Of a DNA stretch of 39,249 bases, positions 26,360 to 35,920 are shown piece by piece. Where the stretch lies: sequence record SRR20825006_1462; one strand, 5' to 3'. Every line of letters starts with the position of its first letter. Position 1 is the stretch's first letter. The notes under the pieces are model-generated. The model made no database searches. It was not told the origin of the DNA and saw only the letters and a list, made by a program, of their open reading frames with translations. A program made the position numbers and the translations under genes.

Positions 26360-26647
26360 AATAGTCTTATTGAACAGTATTTGAGCTGCTTGGAGTATAA
26401 TAAATTCGTATAACAACTTGAAGGAATAATAGTAGCCTATTAAACATAGGTTAAGAAATTAAATTGCAGGTAAATGCAAAGTTTAACTTTAAGAACAAAT
26501 CTACATTCGAAGTTCAATTCAAAAACCCTTACCTTCTACTGCCTTTGAAAAAGCCGTTATGCTGAACGAAATTTAGCATCTTTTCGTTAAGGTTCCTGAT
26601 ATGAATCGGGGTGACGAAGAACTAAAAAACTATTACAAAAGGAAATC

Positions 26648-28069
26648 ATGGCAAAAGAATTTGATGTGTGCGTAATTGGGTCAGGCCCTGGCGGATATGT
26701 AGCTGCAATCCGTGCATCACAACTTGGTTTTAAAACCGCAATTATAGAGAAAAGACATCTTGGTGGAGTTTGCCTAAATATTGGCTGTATCCCAACAAAA
26801 GCGTTACTTCGTTCTGCTGAAGTATTGGAATCTATCCAACACGCGAGCGATTATGGTGTAAACGTGAAAGAATATTCGGCCGATTTTGGTGGGATAGTGA
26901 AACGTAGCCGTGGTGTTGCCAGCAAAATGAGCAAAGGTGTTCAGTTCTTGATGAAGGCGAATAAGATTGATGTCTTTATGGGAACAGGTGTTTTTAAATC
27001 GAAAACAGAAGTAGCTGTTAACGACGAAAACGGCAAAGAAACTGAGTCTATTAAAGCAAAGTATTTCATTATTGCTACTGGTGCTCGTGCTCGTCAGCTT
27101 CCTAATCTAGAAATAGATGGTAAGATGATTATCGATTCTGAAGCAGCAATGACTTTAGAAAAGCAGCCAAAGAAAATGGTAATTATGGGAGCCGGCGCTA
27201 TTGGTGTTGAGTTTGCTTATTTCTACCACACTATTGGCACTGAAGTAACTATCGTTGAGCTTCAAAAAAACCTTGTACCAGTTGAAGATCAGGATGTTGG
27301 ACGTGAACTAGGTAAGATCTACAAGAAGAAAGGCATCAATTTGATGCTAGAGTGCACGGTTGACAAAGTAGAGAAAAAAGGAAAAGGCGTAAAAGTTACT
27401 GTTAACACCAAAAAAGGCAAGGAAGAGATTGAAGCAGATGTTGTTCTTTCTGCTGTAGGTGTTACTGGAAACGTTGAAGGTCTTGGCCTTGAAAAAATTG
27501 GCGTAAAAGTTGAACGCGGTTCTATTGTAGTTGATAAGTCAACATATTCTACCGGCGTTGAAGGCATTTATGCAATTGGTGATATCATTGGTGCACCTTG
27601 GTTGGCTCACAAAGCTTCACATGAAGCAACCGTTTGTATTGAGCAACTAGCAGGTCATAATCCAAAACCAATCAACTACGAAAATATTCCTGGTTGTACT
27701 TATTGCGAGCCTCAAGTTGCCTCTGTTGGTTTAACTGAAGCTGCAGCAAAAGAAAAAGGTTACGACGTTAAAGTTGGCAAGTTCCCTCTTTCAGCTAGTG
27801 GAAAAGCAACAGCATTAGGTCACGAAGAAGGTTTTGTGAAGGTAGTATTCGATGCAAAATACGGCGAATGGTTAGGTCTTCACATGATTGGTTTCGGTGT
27901 TACTGAAATGGTTGCTGAAGCGGTTGTAGCTCGTGATTTAGAGACAACAGGTCACGAAATTATCAGTGCGGTTCACCCTCACCCAACTCTTTCTGAGGCG
28001 GTAATGGAAGCTGTGGCTGAAGCTTACAACGAAGGCGTTCATTTAGGAACTCAGGTAAAGAAAAAATAA
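26648..28069 (+). CDS. lpdA: Dihydrolipoyl dehydrogenase (E3)
   Basis: GSGPGGYVAAIRA, GGVCLNIGCIPTK, GAGAIGVE, HPHPTLSE. Confidence 0.98.
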   Translation: MAKEFDVCVIGSGPGGYVAAIRASQLGFKTAIIEKRHLGGVCLNIGCIPTKALLRSAEVLESIQHASDYGVNVKEYSADFGGIVKRSRGVASKMSKGVQFLMKANKIDVFMGTGVFKSKTEVAVNDENGKETESIKAKYFIIATGARARQLPNLEIDGKMIIDSEAAMTLEKQPKKMVIMGAGAIGVEFAYFYHTIGTEVTIVELQKNLVPVEDQDVGRELGKIYKKKGINLMLECTVDKVEKKGKGVKVTVNTKKGKEEIEADVVLSAVGVTGNVEGLGLEKIGVKVERGSIVVDKSTYSTGVEGIYAIGDIIGAPWLAHKASHEATVCIEQLAGHNPKPINYENIPGCTYCEPQVASVGLTEAAAKEKGYDVKVGKFPLSASGKATALGHEEGFVKVVFDAKYGEWLGLHMIGFGVTEMVAEAVVARDLETTGHEIISAVHPHPTLSEAVMEAVAEAYNEGVHLGTQVKKK

Positions 28070-28130
28070 ACATGCTAACCCCGACTTCGGAGTTACATGT
28101 AATTACTGATTCTATTCAGTAGAAAAGATT

Positions 28131-28161
28131 AAATAGCTCCCAATTTGGGAGCTATTTTTTT
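28131..28161 (+). terminator. Intrinsic terminator after lpdA
   Basis: AAATAGCTCCC / GGGAGCTATTT plus T-run. Confidence 0.87.
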
Positions 28162-28197
28162 AAATACACGATTACTTTTTCAGTAGAATAATAAGCA

Positions 28198-28920
28198 ATG
28201 GAAAAAACCCTCGAACTTTATAAACTCGGCTTGCAATCTTACCAACCTATCTGGGAATTGCAGCATAAAGTTCAGCAAAGAATTGTTACCGAGAAAAAGC
28301 TCGAGCGTGATGGGGAATTTACAGGCGAGCGGAAAAATGATGTGCTTCTTTTTGTAGAACACCCACATGTATACACCTTGGGGAAAAGCGGGGTTCAAGA
28401 ACACTTACTTCGTTCTCAATTAGAACTACAGGAATGGGATGCGGAGTTTGTAAAAATAGATCGTGGTGGAGACATTACATACCACGGACCAGGGCAAATA
28501 GTTGGCTATCCAATTTTAGACTTAGATAGACATTTCACAGACATTCATAGATATTTACGCTCGCTAGAAGAAGTGATTATTAGAGCAGTTGACGACTTTG
28601 GTGTTAAAGCCGAAAGAGTAGAAGGATTGACGGGTGTTTGGGTTGCTGGTCAAAAAATATGCGCTATGGGTATTAGATGCTCACGTTGGGTAACGATGCA
28701 CGGTTTCGCTCTAAATATAAATACAGATCTTAGCTACTTTGATAACATTGTACCCTGTGGAATCCCAAATAAAGAAGTGGCTAGTTTAGAAAGTATTTTA
28801 GGAGTCAGTTTAGACCAAGAAGAAGTAATAGAGAGACTCGTTTCTCACTTTGAGGAAGTCTTTGAAGTAAGCGTAAAACCAAGTGGCTCGGTGAAAGAAC
28901 TAGAGCATAATTTTTTGTAA
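28198..28920 (+). CDS. lipB: Lipoyl(octanoyl) transferase
   Basis: VEHPHVYTLG, DRGGDITYHGPGQ, KICAMG, HGFALN, IVPCGI. Confidence 0.97.
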   Translation: MEKTLELYKLGLQSYQPIWELQHKVQQRIVTEKKLERDGEFTGERKNDVLLFVEHPHVYTLGKSGVQEHLLRSQLELQEWDAEFVKIDRGGDITYHGPGQIVGYPILDLDRHFTDIHRYLRSLEEVIIRAVDDFGVKAERVEGLTGVWVAGQKICAMGIRCSRWVTMHGFALNINTDLSYFDNIVPCGIPNKEVASLESILGVSLDQEEVIERLVSHFEEVFEVSVKPSGSVKELEHNFL

Positions 28921-29005
28921 TTTATTAGTAACAAGAATCAAAAAGAGCTCGTTAAATTTCAAAGTTTAATCAGCTACTCAAGGATTATAGAATAACTAGA
29001 AATTC

Positions 29006-29881
29006 ATGATTAAAGAACTCCAAGTTGTAGAAAAGAAAGCAGTACAACGTCGCCCAGACTGGTTACGTGTTAAATTGCCTTCTGGTGAGAAGTTTAAAGA
29101 AGTACTGAATACACTTAACGAGCATAAGCTGAATACGGTTTGTTCAGAAGCGCGTTGCCCAAACATGGGAGAATGCTGGGGTGCAGGGACGGCAACATTT
29201 ATGATTCTTGGAGATGTTTGTACTCGTTCATGTGCATTTTGTGCTATCAAAACTGGGCGACCGCCAGCTGAGTTAGATTGGGACGAACCTCGCCGTGTAG
29301 CTGATGCTGCTGCTAAAATGAAATTAAAACACGTAGTGCTTACTTCTATCAATAGAGATGATAGAAAAGATGGTGGCGCACCAATATTTGCTGCTACACA
29401 CACTGCCCTACGTGAAGCAATCCCAGGAGTAACGATTGAGTCTTTAACTCCAGATTTTCGTGGTGTTTGGGATGCTCTTCAAATAGTGTTAGATACTCCG
29501 CCAAACGTACTAAGTCATAATTTAGAGACCGTTCCAAGAAAGTATAAGCGAGTGCGACCTCAGGCTAAATATGAGCGCTCTTTGGAACTTTTACAGCGTG
29601 TTAAAGACGCGGGCATCAAATCCAAAACAGGGATTATGGTGGGATTAGGAGAAAAGAGAGAGGAAGTGATTGAGTTGATGCAAGATTGTGTTAACCATAA
29701 CGTTGATGTACTAACCATTGGGCAATATATGCAACCAACAAAAATGCATCACCCCGTTTTAGACTGGGTTCACCCCGATCAATTTGCCGAATATAAAGAG
29801 ATTGGCGAAAGGCTAGGAATTGGGCATGTAGAAAGTGGCCCGCTAGTTCGATCATCTTATCACGCAGAAAGACACGTTTAG
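29006..29881 (+). CDS. lipA: Lipoyl synthase (radical SAM)
   Basis: CSEARCPNMGEC, CTRSCAFC, RSSYHA. Confidence 0.98.
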   Translation: MIKELQVVEKKAVQRRPDWLRVKLPSGEKFKEVLNTLNEHKLNTVCSEARCPNMGECWGAGTATFMILGDVCTRSCAFCAIKTGRPPAELDWDEPRRVADAAAKMKLKHVVLTSINRDDRKDGGAPIFAATHTALREAIPGVTIESLTPDFRGVWDALQIVLDTPPNVLSHNLETVPRKYKRVRPQAKYERSLELLQRVKDAGIKSKTGIMVGLGEKREEVIELMQDCVNHNVDVLTIGQYMQPTKMHHPVLDWVHPDQFAEYKEIGERLGIGHVESGPLVRSSYHAERHV

Positions 29882-29929
29882 TTTTTTTCTTTCGCTTCAG
29901 ATTGTATTTTGAGGCAAAGGTAATAACAT

Positions 29930-30631
29930 ATGCTAGCAACACTTACAGTTTTATTTATAAGCTATATTTTAGGCTCCATTCCGTCCGCAATATGGGTTGG
30001 AAAGCTTACTAAGGGTATAGATATCCGTGAACATGGAAGCGGAAACGCGGGAACAACGAACACATTTAGGGTGCTCGGCTGGCCAGCAGGTAGCACCGTT
30101 TTCGCTCTCGACTTTATGAAAGGTTTTGTCGCATCCTTTTTTATAAGTGCTTACGCTTGGAGTATGTTTGACGGGCCGCTCTCTCCGCCGAATTGGGATG
30201 TAGATGCTTTTTTGAAAATTTCATGTGGTGTTATGGCTGTAATTGGCCATATGTTTCCAGTTTTTGCAAAGTTTAAAGGTGGAAAAGGCGCTGCAACAGC
30301 TTGCGGAATGTTATTTGGCATCGAGCCCATTTCAATTGGAATTGCGTTCTCGGTATTTATTCTTACAATAATATTCACACGTTATGTTTCTCTAGCATCT
30401 ATATTAAGCTCATTCTTGTATCCTATAAATTTGCTAGTGATGAGATTTGTTCTAGGCTATGACCGGCTCGTTGATGGAAGCATGATTATTTTTGGTACTT
30501 TCATAGCTGCTGGAATTATCATAAAGCATAAAACTAATATTAAAAGGTTGCTAACGGGAACAGAAAGTAAAGTTGGTAGAAAAAAGAAAGAAACTCAGGA
30601 AGAGCCTGATCCAGAAAAGGTAGAAGTATGA
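29930..30631 (+). CDS. plsY: Glycerol-3-phosphate acyltransferase
   Basis: SYILGSIP, GSGNAGTTN, GHMFPVFAKFKGGKG, HKTNIKRL. Confidence 0.96.
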   Translation: MLATLTVLFISYILGSIPSAIWVGKLTKGIDIREHGSGNAGTTNTFRVLGWPAGSTVFALDFMKGFVASFFISAYAWSMFDGPLSPPNWDVDAFLKISCGVMAVIGHMFPVFAKFKGGKGAATACGMLFGIEPISIGIAFSVFILTIIFTRYVSLASILSSFLYPINLLVMRFVLGYDRLVDGSMIIFGTFIAAGIIIKHKTNIKRLLTGTESKVGRKKKETQEEPDPEKVEV

Positions 30632-31638
30632 GAAACATAACTATTGTTGGCGCAGGAAGTTTTGGTACAGCGCTCGCTACTGTATTAGACACCGCTGGAA
30701 ATAATGTGCAAATATGGGCAAGAGAAAAAGAAGTTGTTGATGGGATTAATACCAATCATAGAAACCCTGCATATCTATCTGATGTTGAACTTCCCCACAG
30801 CATTAAAGCGTATCACGATTTAGAGCAATGTCTGCGTGACCAAGACATGATTGTTTTTGCTACACCTTCTCATACGTTGAGAGAAGTAGCGGCAAAAATA
30901 AAACCATGTCTAGATGGGCATGAGATTTTAGTTACCGTTTCAAAAGGTATAGAGAATGATACTTTTAAAACGATGTCGCAAATTCTTATTGAAGTAATGG
31001 AGGGCGTTACTTTTGAGGATAATATTGGTGTTTTATACGGGCCAAGCCATGCCGAAGAAGTAAGCATGCTAAAGCCAACAACCGTAGTTGCTGCTGCGTA
31101 TTCAACTCGAACTGCGAGAATCATTCAGGAATCATTCTTAACCCCTATGTTTAGGGTTTATATCAACAATGATGTTATAGGTGTAGAAATTGGTGGTTCA
31201 GTAAAAAATATTATGGCCATTGCCGCTGGAGTGATAGATGGCGCAGATCTCGGTGATAATGTAAAAGCGGCACTCATTACTCGAGGACTCCATGAAATGA
31301 AAAGAATGGGCGTAATGTTAGGTGCACATACCGACACGTTTTCTGGACTTACTGGTATGGGTGATTTAATTGTTACTTGTACTTCTGAACACAGTAGAAA
31401 TAGATTTGTAGGACACCAAATTGGGCTTGGAAGAAAACTAGACGAAATAATTACAAGCATGAATATGGTTGCTGAAGGGATAAAGACTACGAAATCAGTA
31501 TATGATTGGTCGAAAAAGAATCAAGTTGATATGCCTATTACCGCAGCCGTTTACCGAGTATTATTTGAAGGTGTAGATCCAATAGACGCCCTAAATACAC
31601 TTATGACTCGTGATCCAAAAGACGAAATTTTAATTTAA
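30628..31638 (+). CDS. gpsA: NAD(P)H-dependent glycerol-3-phosphate dehydrogenase
   Basis: GAGSFGTALA, SKGIE, GPSHAEEV, KNIMAIAAG, GDLIVTCTS..SRN. Confidence 0.97.
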   Translation: MRNITIVGAGSFGTALATVLDTAGNNVQIWAREKEVVDGINTNHRNPAYLSDVELPHSIKAYHDLEQCLRDQDMIVFATPSHTLREVAAKIKPCLDGHEILVTVSKGIENDTFKTMSQILIEVMEGVTFEDNIGVLYGPSHAEEVSMLKPTTVVAAAYSTRTARIIQESFLTPMFRVYINNDVIGVEIGGSVKNIMAIAAGVIDGADLGDNVKAALITRGLHEMKRMGVMLGAHTDTFSGLTGMGDLIVTCTSEHSRNRFVGHQIGLGRKLDEIITSMNMVAEGIKTTKSVYDWSKKNQVDMPITAAVYRVLFEGVDPIDALNTLMTRDPKDEILI

Positions 31639-31693
31639 TCGTAAATTTCTCTAGCGCTAAAGCTCTTAGTGCTTTGTAGAAGTTTTTCAAAGT

Positions 31694-32392
31694 ATGAAAG
31701 ACGAAATAGATTTTTACTTACAACATACTGGTGACGTAAAAATCTCAAAAATGACTCGGGATGATCTAAAAAATCTTATCGCAACAGGCGAAGGTACATT
31801 TCTAGAGTTCAAGCATAAAGTGTCGTCACCCGAGAAAATAGCTCGAGAAATGTGTGCATTCGCAAACTCCAAAGGTGGAAAGATTCTAATTGGGGTTGAG
31901 GATAACGGCGACATGATTGGAATTGAGAGTTTTTTGGAAGAAGAGTTTTGGTTGAATAAAGCTGCCAAAGAAGTATGCACACCGGAATTAATATTTACTA
32001 TGGAGCTGCTGCATTTGGGCCAAAAAGACATCATGATAGTTGATGTTCCTGAAGCAGAGCAAAAACCAATTTTCGTAAAAGGTAAGAATAAAAGAACCGC
32101 TTTTATCCGCCATAACGACGAAAGTGTTACCGCTAGTGAGGATAAAGTAGAAATCCTTAAAAATGGAAGTTCAGAAGAAGGTATTACTTTTGAATACGGT
32201 GAAAGAGAGCAACTATTATTTAGATTTCTGAAGGAATATAGTGAGATAACAGTAGAGAGATTTTCAATACTGATAAATGTAACGACCTATAGATCAAGTA
32301 GAATTCTAGTAAATTTAGCCAGCGCTGGAATACTGAACTTGTTTGAAAGAGACGGTGTTGAATACTATACATTTACACAAAAAAGTGTGTAA
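31694..32392 (+). CDS. Schlafen/AlbA_2-domain protein with C-terminal winged-helix-like domain
   Basis: GEGTFLEFK, CAFANSKGGKILIGVED; start could instead be the MTRDDL ATG at 31751. Confidence 0.85.
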   Translation: MKDEIDFYLQHTGDVKISKMTRDDLKNLIATGEGTFLEFKHKVSSPEKIAREMCAFANSKGGKILIGVEDNGDMIGIESFLEEEFWLNKAAKEVCTPELIFTMELLHLGQKDIMIVDVPEAEQKPIFVKGKNKRTAFIRHNDESVTASEDKVEILKNGSSEEGITFEYGEREQLLFRFLKEYSEITVERFSILINVTTYRSSRILVNLASAGILNLFERDGVEYYTFTQKSV

Positions 32393-32422
32393 TTTTACGC
32401 ACGAATAAAATTAAACATAATT

Positions 32423-32851
32423 ATGCAGGACGACCAACTAGACGACATTATTGCTTCACTAATTGATCTAGATGATGAAGAGGTAACAGTTAGTAGCGAA
32501 CCAGAAGAAAGGGCGCTAACGGGAAAACCTGTAACTCTTACCCAGCGTGCAGCTAAGCAGGTTAAAGAAATTATTGCGAACGAAGGTTTAGATTCAAATT
32601 TATACTTACGTGTCGCCGTTGAAGGTGGCGGTTGTTCAGGATTGAGTTACAAACTTGGCCTAGATCACAGGGTAGATGAAGATGTTGTTTTTGAAAGTTT
32701 CGGAATGGAAGTAATTGTAGCTCCGAAGCACGTAATGTATTTAGAAGGTATTGAGATTGACTATCCTGATGGATTAGATGCCCGAGGTTTTACTTTCGAC
32801 AACCCAAATGCTGCCGAAAGTTGTGGCTGTGGAACATCATTCGCAATCTAA
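32423..32851 (+). CDS. A-type Fe-S carrier (HesB/IscA family)
   Basis: GGGCSGLSY, NPNAAESCGCGTSF. Confidence 0.95.
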   Translation: MQDDQLDDIIASLIDLDDEEVTVSSEPEERALTGKPVTLTQRAAKQVKEIIANEGLDSNLYLRVAVEGGGCSGLSYKLGLDHRVDEDVVFESFGMEVIVAPKHVMYLEGIEIDYPDGLDARGFTFDNPNAAESCGCGTSFAI

Positions 32852-34099
32852 ATCTAGGTTTTCATCTCTTGTGATTAAACGCACTCCACGTTTAAAACTA
32901 ATATAGTACCACATCCATTCTGCAAATACTCTGAAACGGTTCCGGAAGCCAATAAGGAAAAATACGTGGATGAAACCCCAGAGAATCCATGCAAAGAATC
33001 CGCTGAATTTCAATCCTCGAATATCAGCTACAGCTTTAGCTCGCCCAATTGTAGCCATGCTTCCTTTATCGATGTAGTTGAATGGAGAACGAGGCTTACC
33101 TTTCTGTTCGTTTTTAATCAACTTGCCAACATACTTACCTTGCTGCAACGCAACTGGTGCAATTCCTGGCAGAGGGTTTCCACTTTTTCCCTCAACAAAA
33201 GCGGCATCTCCAATCACAAAAATACAATCATTTTCTAAAATGGATAAATCCTCTTTTACTTTAATTCGTCCAGCTCTGTCAGTTTCTTGATTAAGGGTTT
33301 TTAGCAAAGGAGATGCCGAGACGCCTGCTGCCCAGATTACATTTGGGGTTTCGATGAACTGATTCTGTAGTTGTACACCCGAAGCGCTAATTTCCGAAAC
33401 GGGAGAGTTTAGGAGCACCTTCACTCCCATTCGTTTTAAGTCGTTTAAAGCATGTTCAGAAAGAGAGTCTGGGTATCCATTAAGTACTTTCCCAGCTGCT
33501 TCAATTAAATAAATAGTCGTTTCGTCACGATCGAAATTGCGAAAGTCTCTCATCATGTTACGCTTGGCAATTTCCGCAATAGAACCCGCCATTTCAACAC
33601 CCGTAGGTCCTCCTCCAATCACAACATACGTTAGATGTGGTTCACGTTCTTTGGCAGTCGGTAATTGCTCAGCTTTTTCAAGCGAGAGTAAGATTTTCTC
33701 GCGTAATTTTAACGCGTTTGAAAGTGTTTTTAAACCCGGCGCATGCGCTTCCCAAGCTGAATTACCGAAATAATTGTATTTAGCCCCAGGTGCGAGTATT
33801 AAGTAGTCGAAAGAAATAGTGCGACCATTTTTTAGGGAAACAGAGTTTTCCGAAGAGTTGACATCAACAACTTCACCCAGTACTACTTTAATATTCTTCT
33901 GGTTCGTAAAAACCGCGCGAATCGGAGTTGCTATATCTCCTGGAGACAGGGCTGCAGTTGCTACTTGATATAAAAGTGGCTGAAATAGGTGATGATTAGT
34001 TTTGTCTATTAGCGTTACGTCAAATGTGTTTGAAGAAAGTTGTTTAGCAACAGCGATGCCGCCAAATCCGCCTCCTACAATCACTACTTTTTTAGCCAT
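32837..34099 (-). CDS. ndh: Type II NADH dehydrogenase-like FAD oxidoreductase
   Basis: VGGGFGG, HLFQPLLYQVATA, GGGPTGVEMAG, WAAGV, DKGSMATIGR. Confidence 0.9.
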   Translation of the reverse strand: MAKKVVIVGGGFGGIAVAKQLSSNTFDVTLIDKTNHHLFQPLLYQVATAALSPGDIATPIRAVFTNQKNIKVVLGEVVDVNSSENSVSLKNGRTISFDYLILAPGAKYNYFGNSAWEAHAPGLKTLSNALKLREKILLSLEKAEQLPTAKEREPHLTYVVIGGGPTGVEMAGSIAEIAKRNMMRDFRNFDRDETTIYLIEAAGKVLNGYPDSLSEHALNDLKRMGVKVLLNSPVSEISASGVQLQNQFIETPNVIWAAGVSASPLLKTLNQETDRAGRIKVKEDLSILENDCIFVIGDAAFVEGKSGNPLPGIAPVALQQGKYVGKLIKNEQKGKPRSPFNYIDKGSMATIGRAKAVADIRGLKFSGFFAWILWGFIHVFFLIGFRNRFRVFAEWMWYYISFKRGVRLITRDENLDLDCE

Positions 34100-34101
34100 A
34101 A

Positions 34102-34929
34102 TTAATACTCTCTTTGTTGCTGAGCTCGATTAGGTTCGTTGGTTGATGATTTGTCAGAATACTCGTCTTCTGGAATCTCAATGCTAGGCGAGATTGTCTG
34201 ATGAAATTGGGATTTTGCTTTTCGTTCAAAAATTAATTGAAGTCTTTCCACTAAATCGGAAAGCCGAGCTTTCTTCTTTTTCTTTCGGTTGGTAATAAAT
34301 CGTGCATAGAGCATCGATCCCGCAAAAATAACCAAAGATCCGATTATCATTGGAGGGGTATCATTTCCACCTTCTAAAAGACCCGCAGCAAACAGCATAA
34401 AAGCTCCGAAAGTAGAAGCTATAGCAGGGGCATAAAGTTTGTTATTTGTTTTCAAACTTTGCTTTATGCGAATGAGTATGGCATTTGAGCTTTCCTCAAG
34501 AATAACTTCTGGTGAACTCATAGATGCAATAAGTCGTGCTGGTCCTGAAGGCGCCGCTTTCCAGATTGTTCTATTCTTTCTATGCGAAAACTTACCTCTA
34601 GTATTAAAGTGAAATTCAATTTCCGCTTTAATTTCGTTCAAAACTTCGGGGCTTATAACATCTGGTTTTGCAAAGCCTAAAATTTCGGCATTACTAAAAC
34701 CAGCATCTATAACAATGGGCTCTTCAACTGGAATCCCTTCATACTCGAGCATAGCTTCGTAAACAAAGACGCGGTCGAGGTTTAAAGAGTCGGTAATTTC
34801 AAAAAGGTTGGGATATTCCGTCTGTAAAGAAACACCTGCAGAAGCACTGGGGGCGTGACGATAGATTTTTTGGAATAGCGTGGCCCTATTTACAATTCTC
34901 TTTAATTCTTCGTCTGTAAGTTTGCCCAT
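34102..34929 (-). CDS. Hypothetical membrane protein with two C-proximal TM helices
   Basis: 275-aa ORF between hslO and ndh with 1-2 bp gaps; TM hairpin followed by a basic run. Confidence 0.8.
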   Translation of the reverse strand: MGKLTDEELKRIVNRATLFQKIYRHAPSASAGVSLQTEYPNLFEITDSLNLDRVFVYEAMLEYEGIPVEEPIVIDAGFSNAEILGFAKPDVISPEVLNEIKAEIEFHFNTRGKFSHRKNRTIWKAAPSGPARLIASMSSPEVILEESSNAILIRIKQSLKTNNKLYAPAIASTFGAFMLFAAGLLEGGNDTPPMIIGSLVIFAGSMLYARFITNRKKKKKARLSDLVERLQLIFERKAKSQFHQTISPSIEIPEDEYSDKSSTNEPNRAQQQREY

Positions 34930-34930
34930 A

Positions 34931-35833
34931 TTAGTTCATTTTTGCCTGTGCGTCAGTAATAAGTTCTGAGATTTCTTCTTTCGAAAATACTTCCTTCTTG
35001 TTGCAGTACTGACAAACCATTTCTTGAGAGTCTCCTTCCATTTCTTTTAAGTCATCAAAATTTAAAAGAGAAAGGGCATTTAGAAAGCGTTCACGTGAGC
35101 ATCGGCAAAAGAAATCAACAAGTTGGCGAGATAGCTCTTTCACTTTTAATGGAGAAAGTGCTTTGTGCATAACGTCATCGATGTACTGCCCATCTTCAAA
35201 AAAAGTATTGATAGGTGGAAAGCCTGCCAATCGCTCTTGGAGCAAGTCTATTTGCCCATCTGGCGCGCCAGGTAAGCGTTGAAGTAAAAGTCCTCCAGCG
35301 TGTGTTACTTCCCCGTCATCATTCACGCCAACATCTAAAATTACAGCTGAAGGAATTTGTTCTGATTGAGCTAAATAGTGAGCAATATCTCCGGTAACAT
35401 CACCTGTTTCAAGTTGAATAGAACTCGATCTAGGTTCAGCTTCGTTATAAAGAATTTTTGTAAAAGTGAGCACGCCTAAGCCAAGGCCATCTCCTAGCGT
35501 GGTTTCTGGATTTGTATAGTCAAGTTCTACAGCGGGATTTTGGACGTAGCCGCGTATCTCTCCGATGCTATTTGCCTCGGTAACTAAAAAACCAATCGGG
35601 CCATTTCCATCCATTCTCAACTGAATACGTTCTTCACCTTTAAGTTCGGATGCCAAAAGCATAGTTGCAGTTAAAGCTTTGCCGAGAATAACTGTATTGA
35701 GTAGTGATAGATTGTGATTCTTTCTGGCATCGTTAATAACATCGGTAGTTTTGACTACAGAAATTTTGAAATGCCCATCTTCAGTAATGCCTTTTATTAG
35801 ACGGTCTTTCTGTAGAAATGCTTGCTTGTTCAT
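34931..35833 (-). CDS. hslO: Hsp33 redox-regulated chaperone
   Basis: YLAQSEQIPSA, AGGLLLQRLPGA, Zn motif CRC...CQYC; ATG 35833 lies downstream of the terminator. Confidence 0.93.
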   Translation of the reverse strand: MNKQAFLQKDRLIKGITEDGHFKISVVKTTDVINDARKNHNLSLLNTVILGKALTATMLLASELKGEERIQLRMDGNGPIGFLVTEANSIGEIRGYVQNPAVELDYTNPETTLGDGLGLGVLTFTKILYNEAEPRSSSIQLETGDVTGDIAHYLAQSEQIPSAVILDVGVNDDGEVTHAGGLLLQRLPGAPDGQIDLLQERLAGFPPINTFFEDGQYIDDVMHKALSPLKVKELSRQLVDFFCRCSRERFLNALSLLNFDDLKEMEGDSQEMVCQYCNKKEVFSKEEISELITDAQAKMN

Positions 35834-35861
35834 GTTAATTAGGATGAATCGAGTAATGGAT

Positions 35862-35894
35862 AAAAAAAAGCCCACTCATTTTTGTGAGCGGGCT
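35862..35894 (-). terminator. Intrinsic terminator after the amino-acid dehydrogenase gene
   Basis: AGCCCACTCA / TGAGCGGGCT with an 8-A run on the left. Confidence 0.8.
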
Positions 35895-35920
35895 AAAGAT
35901 AAGGATTTTATTACTTCAAA

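Noticed and set aside
26570..28090. Long-range pairing between the lpdA leader (TTAGCAT, TCGGGG) and trailer (ATGCTAA, CCCCGA)
   Set aside because: Matches are 6-7 nt and each segment is already paired locally; cannot be distinguished from chance
32837..32851. 15-bp convergent overlap of iscA-like and ndh (also 4 bp at 18258-18261)
   Set aside because: Short tail-to-tail overlaps are common in compact genomes
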